From NCBI GenBank assembly GCA_026770705.1, contig JANJGN010000026.1, positions 32,922,001 through 32,986,000 on the forward strand: a DNA stretch of 64,000 bases. Direction: 5' to 3'. The stretch is from Isurus oxyrinchus. Taxonomy: Eukaryota. The notes under the pieces were generated by a model. It worked only from the letters and a program-made list of their open reading frames with translations. It had not been told where the DNA came from and ran no database searches. Position numbers and translations under genes: made by a program. This document shows, one piece after another, positions 23,380-36,105 of the stretch (its first letter is position 1; every line of letters begins with the position of its first letter).

Positions 23380-25307
23380 CCTCTGGATTCTTACCTTCTC
23401 TTGATCTTTTCATTGAGAACTGTCGGCGCGACATTAGTCATCTCAATTTCTCTGCTCCTCTCACCCATTCTAACCTGTCTCTCTCTGAACTTACTGCACT
23501 CCATTCTCTCAGGTCCAACCGTGACATTATCATCAAACCCGCTGACAAGGGTGGTGCTGTTGTTGTCTGGCGCACTGACCTCTACCTCGCGGAGGCTGAG
23601 CGTCAACTCGCAGACACTTCCTCCTACCTCTCCCTGGACCATGACCCCACCACTGAACATCAAGCCATTGTTTCCAGGACTGTCACTGACCTCATCTCCT
23701 CTGGGGATCTCCCTCCCACAGCTTCCAAACTGATAGTTGCCCAACCTCGGACGGCCCGCTTCTATCTCCTACCCAAAATCCACAAACAGAACTGCCCCGG
23801 TAGACCGATCGTCTCAGCTTGCTCCTGCCCCACAGAACTCATTTCTCGTTATCTTGACTCCCTTCTCTCTCCCCTTGTCCAGTCCCTTCCCACCTACATC
23901 CGTGATTCCTCTGACACCTTACGTCACATCAACAATTTCCAGTTCCCTGGCCCCATCCGCTTCCTCTTCACCATGGACGTCCAATCCCTCTACACCTCCA
24001 TCCCCCACCAGGATGGTCTGAGGGCCCTTAGCTTCTTCCTCGAACAGAGGCCCGAACAATCCCCATCCACTACTACTCTCCTCCGTCTGGCTGAACTTGT
24101 TCTCACGCTGAACAATTTCTCCTTCAACTCCTCACACTTCCTCCAAATAAAAGGTGTGGCTATGGGTACCCGCATGGGCCCCAGCTATGCCTGTCTCTTT
24201 ATGGCGTATGTGGAACATTCCTTGTTGCAGTCCTACTCCGGCCCCCTTCCACAACTTTTTCTCCGGTACATCGATGATTACTTCGGTGCCGCTTCATGCT
24301 CTCGTCGGGACTTGGAAAAATTTATTAATTTTGCTTCCAATCTCCACCCCTCCATCATTTTCACGTGGTCCATCTCTGACACTTCCCTTCCCTTCCTTGA
24401 CCTCTCTGTCTCAATCTCTGGTGATAGACTGTCCACCAATATCCATTACAAACCCACCGGCTCCCACAGCTACCTCGACTACAGCTCCTCACACCCCGCT
24501 TCCTGTAAGGACTCCATCCCATTCTCCCAGTTCCTTCGCCTTCGTCACATCTGTTCCGATGATGCTACCTTCAAAAACGGTTCCTCTGACATGTCCTCCT
24601 TCTTCCTTAACCGAGGTTTTCCACCCACGGTCGTTGACAGGGCCCTCAACCGTGTCCGGCCCATCTCCCGCGCATCCGCCCTCATGCCTTCTCCTCCCTC
24701 CCAGAAACATGATAGGGTCCCCCTTGTCCTCACTTATCACCCCACCAGCCTCCGCATTCAAAGGATCATCCTCCGCCATTTCCGCCAACTCCAGCATGAT
24801 GCCACCACCAAACACATCTTCCCTTCACCCCTCCGGGACACCCTGGTCCTCTCCTCCATCACCCACTACTCCTCAACCCCCTCCTATGGCACCACCCCAT
24901 GCCCACGCAAAAGATGTAACACCTGCCCCTTCACTTCCGCTCTCCTCACCGTCCAAGGGCCCAAACATTCCTTTCAAGTGAAGCAGCATTTCACTTGCAT
25001 TTCCCCCAACTTAGTCTATTGCATTCGTTGCTCCCAATGTGGTCTCCTCTATATTGGAGAGACCAAACGTAAACTGGGCGACCGCTTTGCAGAACACCTG
25101 CAGTCTGTCCGCAAGAATGACCCAAACCTCCCTGTCACTTGCCATTTTAACACTCCACCCTGCTCTCTTGCCCACATGTCTGTCCTTGGCTTGCTGCATT
25201 GTTCCAGTGAAGCCCAATGCAAACTGGAGGAACAACACCTCATCTTCCGACTAGGCACCTTACAGCCTTCCGGACTGAACATTGAATTCAACAACTTTAG
25301 GTCGTGA
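23380..25307 (+). CDS. Penelope-type reverse transcriptase with GIY-YIG endonuclease (5'-truncated; the listed ORF start at 23286 is chimeric)
   Basis: Motifs IKPADKG, FYLLPKIHK, GRPIVS, MDVQSLYTSIP, GVAMGT, LRYIDD, LPFLD, CxxxxCxxC, NLVYCIRC..CGLLYIGET...R..EH, GLN. No internal stops. Confidence 0.92.
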
Positions 25308-25718
25308 GCTCCCTCCCCCATCCCCACCCCATTTCTGTTTCCCCCTTTCTCTTTTTTTTCCAATAAATTATATAGATTTTTCTTTTCCCACCTATTTCCA
25401 TTATTTTTAAATATTTTAAAATCTTTTATGCTCTCCCCACCCCCATTAGAGCTATACCTTGAGTGCCCTACCATCCATTCTTAATTAGCTCATTCGTTTA
25501 GATAATATCACCAACTTTAACTTTAACACCTATGTGTTCTATTGTACCATTTTCGTTGACATCTTTTGAAGATCTGCTTCTATCACTGCTTGTTTGTCCA
25601 TACAACCACACCCCCAACCCCCCACCCCCCAACCTCTCTCTCTCTCTCTATCTCTCCGCCCACCACACACACACCTTAAACCAGCTTATATTTCAACTTT
25701 TTCTTGGACTCGAACTCA

Positions 25719-25757
25719 AGTTCTGTCGAAGGGTCATGAGGACTCGAAACGTCAACT
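25719..25757 (+). ncRNA. Minimal hammerhead-ribozyme-like motif in the PLE tail
   Basis: agtt-CTGTCGA-a-gggtc(atgag)gactc-GAAAC-GTC-aact: stems I and II, GAAA box and GUC site are present. The core deviates from CUGANGA at one position. Confidence 0.6.
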
Positions 25758-25804
25758 CTTTTCTTCTCCGCCGATGCTGCCAGACCGACAAATAAGCGTC
25801 TGTC

Positions 25805-25975
25805 CATCGACGTCATTTACACTGTGCATGTTCCAGATCACATAGCCCGTCTAGTTGACGGCAGCTGCGGACCAATAGGAAGAGGGGGCGGTGCTGGAGC
25901 GGTAGCTGCTGGTCCTCCAACCAATCGGAGTGAAGAGGGGCGGGGCTGAACCCAGATCTCCCGCATTGGCTGAAA
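25805..25975. promoter_or_regulatory. CpG-containing CCAAT/GC-box promoter-like element
   Basis: Two tandem ccaat...gagggggcgg units, a third inverted CCAAT (attgg) and a CRE-like gacgtca. Confidence 0.55.
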
Positions 25976-27450
25976 CTCTGCTTCATTTTGGAAGCTGATT
26001 TGTCTCAAACTCCAGGAGAATACTGGACCTTACAGTTTGTTGCTTTAAACACATGAAACCCTGTGGGTGTGAAGCAAACATTTCAAAATTTTCTAGTGAA
26101 CCACTGAAGCATGAGGATAAAAGCACAATCAATTCAAGGGCTGACTTAAATCAATAACTGGGCAGAGAGGGAATGTCACCTTCAGACCTGGTTTCAATAA
26201 ATGAACAGACAAGACGGGTTAGGACAGGTTAGGGAGAAGGGTGACTTTCAAAACAACACAGATTATACATAAACTACTAATCTCAAAAACAGTCTCTGGC
26301 AGTGCTAATAGATATTAACAATCAGACCTAAAGGGGTTAAAAGGTATGTAAAACCAAATTACTGAGGATGCAGGAAATCTGAAACAAAAATATAAATGCT
26401 GGAAAAACTCAGCAGTTCTGGCAGCATCTGTGAAAAAAGAAACAGAGTTAATGTTTTGAATCAAATATGACGCTTCTTCAGAACTGAATTAAATTATATA
26501 TGATTTCTATGTTGAATAATCAATTTAAAATCTGCAACTCGGATAGGGATGTGGATTGGTGTTAGATGGGAAGATCTGGATCGGTATCTTACTCCAGAAA
26601 GCCTTAAATTCAGAGTGGCAGTTTTCAGAACTGGTTCCTGTGATAGCAGCAATCCCATTGCTATCTGTTAGTGAGACCAATGAAAGTGTTTAAAGTGGAG
26701 ACATTGGACATTTTTTTATTCATTAATGGGATTTTGGCATTAAGTATATATTACCCATCCCTAATTGCCCTTGAAGAAGTGGTGGTGAGCCAAATTATTG
26801 AACTGCTGCAGTCCATGTGGTGTTAGGGAGGGAGTTCCAGGGTTTTGACCAAATGACAGTGAGGGAACGGTGGTATATTTCCAAATCAGGATGGTGAGTG
26901 GCTTGGAGGGGAACTTCCAGGTGGTGGTATATCCATGCATCTGCTGCCCTTGTCCTAGGTAGTAGAAGTCACAGGCTTGGAAGGTGTTGTCAAAGGAGCC
27001 TTCGTGAGTTGCTGCAGTGCATCTTGTAGATGGTACACACTGCTGCCATTGTGCATCGGTGGTGGACGGAGTGAATGTTGAAGGTGGTGGATGGGCTATC
27101 AATCAAGCAGGCTGCTTTGTCCTGGAAGGTGTGGAAAATCTTGAATGTTTTTGGAGTTGCACTCATCCAGGCAAGTGGAGAGTATTCCATTACATTCCTG
27201 ACTTGTGCCTTGTAGAATATGGACAGGCTTTGGGGAGACAGGAGGTGGGCTATTCTGCACAGAGTTCCCAGCCTCTGACCTGCTCTTGTCACCACTGTAT
27301 TTATATGGCTAGTCCCATTCAGTTTCTGGAGGATGATGCACACAAAGAAGCTGTGAACAATCTGAGGGTCATAGTGAGGGGAAAGAAAGGGATCTGGAAA
27401 ACAACAGACACTTAATGTTGTTCCAGGAGAAATGAGGTCTGGTTGTGCAG

Positions 27451-27617
27451 ATAAAAACAGAAAATGCTGGAAAAACTCAGCAGGTCTAGCAGGATCTGTG
27501 GAGAGAGAGGCAGAGTTAACGTTTTGAATCCATTATGACTCGAAACGTTTACTTTGTTTCTCTCTGCACAGATTCTGCCAGACCTGCTGAGTTTTTTCCA
27601 GTATTTTCTGTTTTTAT
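27451..27617. repeat. ~167-bp inverted repeat made of two opposed PLE tail ends
   Basis: ataaaaacagaaaatgctggaaaaactcagcaggtct... pairs with ...agacctgctgagtttttccagtattttctgtttttat. Confidence 0.85.
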
Positions 27618-27876
27618 TTCAGATTTTCAGCATCCGAGTATTTTGCTGTTATTTTACTGGTTGTGCAGATGTCAGGTTTTACACAGGATGCGGTCAGCCT
27701 GTGGTTTCACCCTGGATGAGGAATCCCTGAATGGTACCATTCAAATCGTTCGATGGAACATCATCTGCTTGGAGAGGATGGTTTGTGTTACAGCTAATGA
27801 GAAGCAGCACACACAGGCATACAAACTCATACATATGCACACCCACATACTCAGACACACACACAAACACACGCCT

Positions 27877-28050
27877 CGCTGATGTGTTGGACGTTTAAAT
27901 GACTGAATGAATCCTTTCTGACACATGGAGCAGGTGAACAGCCTCAGCCCAGTGTGAACTGCCTCTGAAGATTGGATGAATGAATGAATTCAATCTTATG
28001 ATTGAACAGACAAATGGCCTTTCCGCAGTGTGAATGTCCTGGTGATTCAT
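27877..28050 (-). pseudogene. C2H2 zinc-finger gene relic
   Basis: Reverse complement reads HQDIHTAERPFVCS... and VHTGLRLFTCSMCQKGFIQSFKRPTHQR (degenerate TGERPF linkers and CxxC...H motif), frameshifted. Confidence 0.7.
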
Positions 28051-28054
28051 CACA

Positions 28055-29460
28055 GAATCTCACAGTGCTGAAGAGGCCCTTTGGCCCATCGAGTCTGCGC
28101 CGACACGTGAGAAACATCTGACCTACTTACTTAATCCCATTTTCCAGCACTCGGCCCATAGCCTTGAATGTTATGGCGTGCCAAGTGCTCATCTGGGTAC
28201 TTTTTAAAGGATGTGAGGCAACCCACCTCCACCACCCTCCCAGGCAGCGCATTCCAGATCCTCACCACCTTCTGGGTAAAAAAGTTTTTCTTCACAATCC
28301 CACTAAACCTCTTGCCCCTCACCTTGAACTTATGCCCCCTCGTGACTGACCCTTGAACTAAGGGGTACAGCTGCTCCCTATCCACGCTGTCCATGCCCCT
28401 CATAATCTTGTACACTCGATCCGGTCGCCCCTCAGTCTTCTCTGCTCCAACGAAAACACCCAAGTCTATCCAACCTCTCTTCATAACTTAAATGTTTCAT
28501 CCCAGGCAACATCCTGGTGAATCTCCTCTGCACCCCGTCCAGTGCAATCAGATCCTTCCTATAATGTGGCAACCAGAACTGCACACAGTTGTGGCCTCAC
28601 TAAGGTTCTATACAACTCCAACATGACCTCCCTACTTTTGTAATCTATGCCTCAATTGATAAAGGCAAGCGTCCCATATGCCTTTTTCACCATCCCATTA
28701 ACATGCCCCTGTGCCTTCAGAGATCTATGGACACACATGCCAAGGTCCCTTTGTTCCTCAGAACTTCCTAGTGTCATGCAGTTCATTGAATACTTCTTTG
28801 TGAAATTACTCCCTCCAAAGTGTATCACCTCGCACTTTTCAGGGTTAAATTCCATCTGCCACTTATCTGCCCATTTGACCATCCCGTCTATGTCTTCCTG
28901 CAGCCCAAGACACTCAACCTCACTGTTAACCACCCGGCCAATCTTTGTGTCATCCACAAACTTACTAAACTTACCTTCTACATAGTCATCTATGTCGTTT
29001 ATATAAATGATGAATAATAGGGGCCCCAGCACAGATCCCTGTGGTACACCACTGGACATTGGCTTCCAGTCACTAAAGCATCCTTCTGTCATCACCCTTT
29101 GTCTCCTACAACTAAGCCAATTTTGAATCCACCTTATCAAATTACCCTGTATCCCATGTGCATTTACCTTCTTTATAAACTGCATCAACTACACTACCCT
29201 CATTGACACACCTGGACACCTCCTCAAAAAATTCAATCAAATTTGTTTGACATGACTTCCCTCTGACAAAGCCATGCTAACTATCCCTGATCAAACCTTG
29301 CCTCTCCACGTGGAGATAGGCACTCTCCTCCAGAACGTTCTCCTACCACTGACGTGAGATTCACTAGCCTGTAGTTCCCTGGCTTATCTCTACAACCCTT
29401 CTTAAATAGGGGAACCACATTAGCTGTTCTCCAGTCCTCTGGCACCTCCCCCGTGGCCAT
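28055..29460 (-). mobile_element. CR1-type LINE fragment (RT)
   Basis: ORF 28652-29188 has SGVPQGSVLGPLLFIIYINDID...KFVDDTK; 3' ORF2 fragment at 28131-28484. Confidence 0.93.
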
Positions 29461-30667
29461 ACTTAAGTTTCTTAGTTAACTATGGATTGTGCATCCTTCT
29501 CATAGAGTCATTCTTTGTGAATGGAATGCATTGTTGTTCAGAGTTATGAATTAAATATCTGCCACTCCCGATCTACAGCCTTATCTTTCAACATATTTTT
29601 GCAGTGCACTGCAGCCAACCTGTGAGTTCAGCCCTTTGTAGCTGCCTTTATTTAACTTTAAGACCCAGTTTCAGACCCAGGTTTCTCATCGTAAATTTGA
29701 ATGTAACATTCTTTCATGTTATGATCACTCTTGACTAGATGATGTTTTACTATGAAATCATTCCTAATCCTGCCTCATTACACATTTACTTGCCTGTTTC
29801 CTCATTAGTTCTAGAATATATTTTTGGATTAAACTGTCCTGAATATATTCAATGAACTCATCCTCCGCCAATTCGATTTGTCCAATTTATAAGCAAATTA
29901 CACTTAGTCACGATTATTGAAGTACTTTTCTCACAAGTCCCCATGTTTTCTTCTGTTACTATCAATCCTACCACATCACTACTGTTCGGTGACATATGAA
30001 ATATTCCCAACAGTGGCTTCTTGGTCTTACTTGTATTATCTCCAAACAAGCTGATTCCACATCTTCATCTTCTGAGCCAAGATAATTTCTCATGACTGTG
30101 CTGATTTCAGCCTTTATTACTATATCTAACCCGTGACTTTTTCATTTTGTTCTATCCTTCAGAAATGTCAAATACTCCTGAATATTCAGCCCCCTGCCTT
30201 AATAACGTTGCAAACACATCGTTGTATTGGCTGTGATATCATACATCTTTATTTCTAATTGTTCCATCAATTCATACATCTTGTTACAAATGCTGAAGCA
30301 TTCAGATAAAGAGCTTTTAAATCTGTCTTTCTGTCAGTTGTCCCTACTGTGACCCTGCTTGCTGTTGCTCTCTTATATTTGTACATTCTGTTCCTTCCTA
30401 TCACAATCTGGTTATCATTACCCATATTGCTAGCCTGCACTATTGCCTTGTCCTTTCCCATCAACTTTCTAACTTTCCCTTCATCCCAAACCTACCCCCT
30501 CCACCACTATTTTGTTCAGAGCCCACTCTACAGTCCTATCTATGTGATTCGCCTGGGGACTGATCCCAGTGTGGTTCAAGTGAAGGCCACCCCAATGCTA
30601 TGGTTCCCTCTTTCCCCATTGTTGGTGCTAGTGGCCCATGAATCAAAATCCATTTCTCCCAACTGAG

Positions 30668-31185
30668 GGAGGGTCTGTATTGAGGGAGCGCTGCACTGTT
30701 GGAGAGTCAGCACTGAGGAACGCTGCACTATCAGAGATGCAGAAGTGAGGGAGAGCTGCACTGTTGAAGAGTCAGTAATGAGGGCACGCTGCACTGACAG
30801 AGTGTCAGTACTAAGGGAGCGCTGCACTGTCGGTGGGTGAGTACTGAGGGAGTGCTGCACTGTTGAAGACAGTGAAGAAACATCTCATTTCAGGTGAGAT
30901 GTTAAACCACCGCTTCATTTACTTTCTCTGGTTGATATAAAAGATCCCATGGCTGCTATCTGGAAGACAAGTGGGGGAAGTTCTCCCCAGTGTCCTGGGG
31001 CCAATATTTATCCCTCATCTAATGATCTGGGTCATTATCACGTTGCTCTTTGTGGGAGGTTGCTGTGCACAAAATGGTGTCTCATTACAACAGGGACAAC
31101 ATTTCAACAAGTAATATAATTGGCTGTGATGTTCTTTGGGACGCCTATAAGCAGTGAAAGGCGCTGGAGAAATGCAATACCTTCT
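30668..31185. repeat. ~33-bp minisatellite (gagggagcgctgcactgt...agtact) joined to a SINE-like body
   Basis: About 6 units; the same family occurs on the opposite strand at 49605-50030. Confidence 0.8.
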
Positions 31186-31844
31186 CTGGCTCTAGGAGTG
31201 AGAGCTGGGTATTTCTGCTCTCGTCCAGGATCACTGTGTCTAAAAGTTGTCCCCCTTGCTAATTACCTGCCTAAGATTAGCTAAGCTGTAACTAATTACT
31301 TCATCTGCTTGAAGGGGAAAATACTTGCAGGGCTGGGGGGGGAAGAGCAGGGGGGGGGACAGTTGGACTAATTGGGTAGATCATTCAAATAGCCAACACA
31401 GGAACGATGGGCCGAATGGCCTCCTCCTGTGCTATAAATATCATAAATTTGGTGGCGTCCCTTCGTTGCAGGAAACCAATGGATTAAACAGATAAATGGT
31501 AAGGTGAAACACGGTGAGACCCAGTGGTAGTCGACAGACACTTAGTAAATTTAATATTCTCTCTCCTTGCTAAATGTTTAATTCTGGCTGTACTTCGATT
31601 TCTCATTAAACCCTTACCTGCTGCTAAGAGGCGAGTGATGGATCCCACAGACGGGATCCCTCAACTCTTAAACCCCTCCCCAGGACTGCAATGGTTAGCT
31701 GGGGGAATTAATTTCTGGTCTGTTGAGTTGTAATCCGATTGGGTGTCTAGCTTATTTGGAGAGAACATCAAGCTGTCAGGGAGAGGGATGATGTTGAGGA
31801 GAGCAGGTCTCTGATGGTGCATGTGTGTGTGTGTGTAATAGGTC

Positions 31845-32352
31845 ATTCAGCCCTTCGAGTCTGTTCCGCCATTCAGCATGATCATTGCTGATCCTCTATC
31901 TCAATGCCACAGTCCCGTGCTCTCCCCATACCCCTTGATGCCTTTGGAGTCTAGAAATCCATCTATATGCTTCTTAAATATACTCAGTGACTTCTCTGTT
32001 GTAGAGAATTCCACAGATTCACCACCCTCTGAGTGAAGAAGTTTCTCCTCATCTCAGCCCTATATGGCCTACCCCATATCCTGAGACTATGATGCCTTGT
32101 TCTAGACCACCCCACCAGCCAGAGGAAACGTCATCCCTGCATCCAGTCTGTCCAGCCCTGTCAGAACTTTATACATTTCAATGAGATCCCCTCCCATTCT
32201 TCTAAACTTCAATGAATACAGGCCTAGTCAGCCCAATCTCTCCTCATATGATAATCCTGCCACCCCAGGAATCAGCCTAGTGAACTTTCATTGCACTCCC
32301 TCTATGGCAAGTATACCCTTTCTTAGGTAAGGAGACCAAAACTGCGCACAAT
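31845..32352 (-). mobile_element. CR1 LINE 3' fragment
   Basis: Reverse-complement CR1 ORF2 C-terminus and tail. Confidence 0.8.
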
Positions 32353-32454
32353 AGGGACAGGAGCAGGCCATTCAGTCCATCGAGCCTGTTTCACCATTCG
32401 ATTGGGTCATCATGGAATGGTCCAGCACAGAAGGAGCCCATTTGGCCCATTAAA

Positions 32455-32850
32455 TGGGGAGACAGTGGCAATAGTAGCAATGTCACTGGATTAGTAATCT
32501 GAAGGCCCAGTCCAACGCTCTGGGGACATGGGTTCAAATCCCTACAAGGCAGCTGATAGAATTTAAATTCAATTAATAAATCAGGAATTGAAAGCCAGTA
32601 TCAATCATGGTGACCATGAAATTCTCATCGATTGTCATAAAAACCCAACTAGTTCACTAATGCCCTTTAGGGAAGGAAATCTGCCGTCCTTACCCAGTCT
32701 GGCCTACATGTCACTCCAGGTCCACAGCGATATGGTTTACTTTTAATTGCCCTCTGAAATGGCCGAGCAAACCACTCAGTTCAGGGGCAATTAGGGATGG
32801 GCAACAAATGCTGACCTTGCCAGCGACGACCACATCCCATGAAAAAGATA
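32455..32850 (+). mobile_element. tRNA-derived SINE, near full length
   Basis: A-box-like gtggcaatagtag, B-box ggttcaaatcc and LINE-shared tail gggcaattagggatgggcaac. Other copies at about 14965-15280, 16055-16340, 47065-47420, 54600-54830 and 57815-58130. Confidence 0.8.
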
Positions 32851-33080
32851 AAAAGAAAATTGAGTCTGCTGCAGCTTTTTGAAAGATCAATCCAATTAGT
32901 CCCCACTCTTCCCCCGTCCCCCGCTGCTCTTTCCCCCGTCGCCCTGAAAATTTCTTCCCTTCCAGAATGTATCCAGTTCCCCCCTTTTGAAAGTCCCTGT
33001 TGAATCTACTTCCACCGCCCTTTCAGGCAGCGCCTTCCAGATCACAACTCGCTGTGCGATTAAAAGCCGCTCTTCCTCAT

Positions 33081-33097
33081 CTCGCCCCCTGCTGGTG
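33081..33097 (-). promoter_or_regulatory. CTCF-like motif
   Basis: Reverse complement CACCAGCAGGGGGCGAG matches the CTCF core CCASYAGRKGGCR. Confidence 0.5.
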
Positions 33098-34684
33098 ACG
33101 CTCACTTGCACCGAAGGCTTATCTGCCTGAGCAAAAACCATTCCCACGTTGTCGCGGCCAACCCTCGGCCACTGAACGATCGTCATGGATGGGGGATAGT
33201 ATTGCAGCCGTCGGCCACACTTCTGAGTGTTGTGATCCTCCTAAGAGTAAATCTCGCAATCCCATCTCTCAATTGCTTTCATTACTACTTCAAATAAAGA
33301 AAAAGCAAACACGAGATCAGCCGGCATAATGAAGCTATTCAGTGCACAAGTGATAAAATATTCATTCATTATCATCCAACTGCTAAATGATTAATTTTGT
33401 ATAATGTCTCCGCTAGATATCTAATCATACTACTTTCACACAAAATTAGTTTTATAGGAAATGAGAATTACTGTAATATTCTTTGAAGCAGCGCCAAACT
33501 AATTTATACTTCGCACTATCTAGATTGTCTACAAGCGTTTAATCTCTTGGAACATTCTTCATCTTGAAATTACCCAAATTAATATTTTCGCCTTTTATAT
33601 TCTTTTCAATGGAGATGTAATATCTCTATGGACCTCAGTGACTTTTGGGGGAAGAAAGTAAATGAGAATTTATGGTCAGGGAGAATTCATTAAAAGGAAA
33701 TGAATTACTTAAATTAGAATCTATAGGCAGGCCAATGCAAATCAGTAAATCAACAATTAAACAGTTAAACCAAATGAACCTTTTACACTTTCGAAGTTTG
33801 GACACCCTCAGGGTTTGCAATCACCAGCAAGGTCCTGGGAATTAGACTGGAGTCAGAGGATGGCAATAACATAGACTAAGTGTGCTCTGCAACAGATAGG
33901 GGAAGGACAGACGGTCCCAGTTTAGATAGGAAGGCAGGTCTCTGCCTGGGTGAAAGTAGGGTCAGATGATGCAAGTACCAGAGACTTGTCTGTTTAATGT
34001 AAACCTATATGTTGACAAGATCGGAATCTGGAGCATGTATCTGTATGTGACCAATAATATATAAATATTAACAGAGCACTGCCTCAAGCTGTATTGAGAT
34101 GGTGACCTCCTTGCAATTGCTCGAATGAACGATCGTAACCTGTATCTGAGCCTCCTGTGGTCCATTCATCAAAGACACCACATCAGTGACAAATGCATAA
34201 AACGACGCAAGTGTTAAGCCAATGTTCTCCAAGTTAGATTAATGTAGGTGCAGAATAAATGTTAATTTCTCAACAGAAGATTGTTAAGATGATGTTATAA
34301 CACATATTCAATGATTCAAATCAACACATTCTCTTAGCATATTCATGTTTAGACTATGAAAATGTCTAGGATTTTTCTCTGGCATGAGTTAATAATTGAT
34401 GTGTCATTTAATGAAAATGACAATTTGTGCAAATCTGTCAACAGCAAAACAGCAGCAGAAAGTTTATAATTTCAACAACAACTTATGATTCTACAGCACC
34501 TTCAATTTAATGAAGTGTCTCCAGTTGCCTCACAGGAGTGATTATCAAACAATATTTGACCCCAAGCCACATCAGGAGATATGAGGGATCGGTGACCAAA
34601 AACTCAGTCACAGAGTGAGGTTTTAAGGAACGGCTTAAAGCAGAAGAGAGAGGGAGAGAGATAGAAAGAGAGAGGGAGAGAGAG

Positions 34685-35430
34685 ATAGGGGCTGGAGGAG
34701 GTTCCAGAAATAGGGAGGGTTGTAGGGGCTGGAGTGAGTTACAGAGATGGGGATGATTGTAGGGACTGGAGGAGGTTACAGAGATAGGCAGGGTTGTGTG
34801 GGCGGAAGGAGGTTACAGAGATAAGGAGGGTTGTAGGGGCTGGAGGAGGTTACAGAGATGGGGATGGTTGTAGGGACTGGAGGAGGTTACAGAGATAGGA
34901 AAGATTGTAGGGACTGGAGGAGGTTACAGAGATAGGAAAGGTTGTAGGGACTGGAGGAGGTTACAGAGATAGGAAGGGTTTTAAGGACTAGAGGAGGTTA
35001 CAGAGATAGGAAGGTTTATAGGGACTGGAGGAGATTACAGAGATAGGAAAAGCTTTAAGGACTAGAGGAAGTTACAGAGGTAGGGAGGATTGTGTGGGCT
35101 GGAAGAGGTTACAGAGATAGGGAGAGCTGTAGGGACTGGAGGAGGTTACAGGGATAGGAAAGGTTGTAGGGACTGAAGGAGGTTACAGAGATAGGAAAGG
35201 TTGTAGGGACTGAAGGAGGTTACAGAGATAGGAAACGTTGTAGGGACTGAAGGAGGTTACAGAGAAAGGAAAGGTTGTAGGGGCTGGAGGAGGTTACAGA
35301 GATAGGGAGCATTGTAGGGGCTGGAGGAGGTTACAGAGATAGGGAGCGTTGCAGGGGCTGGACGAGTTTACAGAGATGGGTGGGGGGGGGGGGCGGTTGT
35401 AGGGGCTGGAGAAGGTTCCAGAGATCGGGA
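34685..35430. repeat. ~37-bp minisatellite, about 20 copies
   Basis: gttgtagggactggaggaggttacagagataggaaag units. Confidence 0.95.
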
Positions 35431-35995
35431 GGGGGCACAAGGAAAGATTTGAAAACAGGGATGAGAATTATAAAATTGAGTTTGGGTGAACCTTAAGTTT
35501 CCATAAACATATTCCTTGCAGCCATTCTTCCCGTTAATTCTGATGAGCTTATTTGGGGGTAACTACTGAAAGTGGGTGGGGTAGGATCGGTTGGTGACCC
35601 TTGGGCCCTGTTCCCTGCAGCCTCCCTAGCCCCACCCACACCCCCTGCAAAAGTGATCTTCTAACGAAAGTGTTTTAGAAGCACTGCTCTTAGGTGTCTT
35701 GTGCCCAAAGGCAGTCGAAGAACAAAACACTGAGGACACTAGAAATCCGAAATAAGAACAGAAAATGCTGGAAACACCCAGCATCTGTGAAGAGAGAAAC
35801 AGAGTTAACGATTCAGGTCAGAACCAAAGAGTAAGGCACTGTAGGATTGCAGATCTTTTATCTGGGTTTAAGGCTGGATTTAGAGCTCCAGATGGCTGGA
35901 GGTGCTCTGTGATCTTGTGGAAAGGTTTGTTTGAAGGGATGCTACCCTGGCTGTGAACTGTTGCTGACGCTGTTTGTACTTTGCTCTGGTTAAAG

Positions 35996-36105
35996 GTGGT
36001 TGGCGAGTGGCGTTTCAGCTGGGTTCACTGTGACATCTTTGTGACACTGGATGTGATGCTGTGCACAGCCAGAATCCTCGGCCTGTGTGCCATCAGCATC
36101 GACAG
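35996..36105 (+). pseudogene. DRD2: D2-like receptor exon (ECL1-TM3)
   Basis: [36 protein letters not shown]; ag/gtaatc boundaries. Confidence 0.92.

Larger units (their letters stand above)
23309..25787 (+). mobile_element. Penelope-like retroelement (PLE), 5'-truncated with an inverted 5' segment
   Basis: Long RT plus GIY-YIG ORF followed by a 3' tail/pseudo-LTR with a hammerhead-like motif. Confidence 0.92.
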
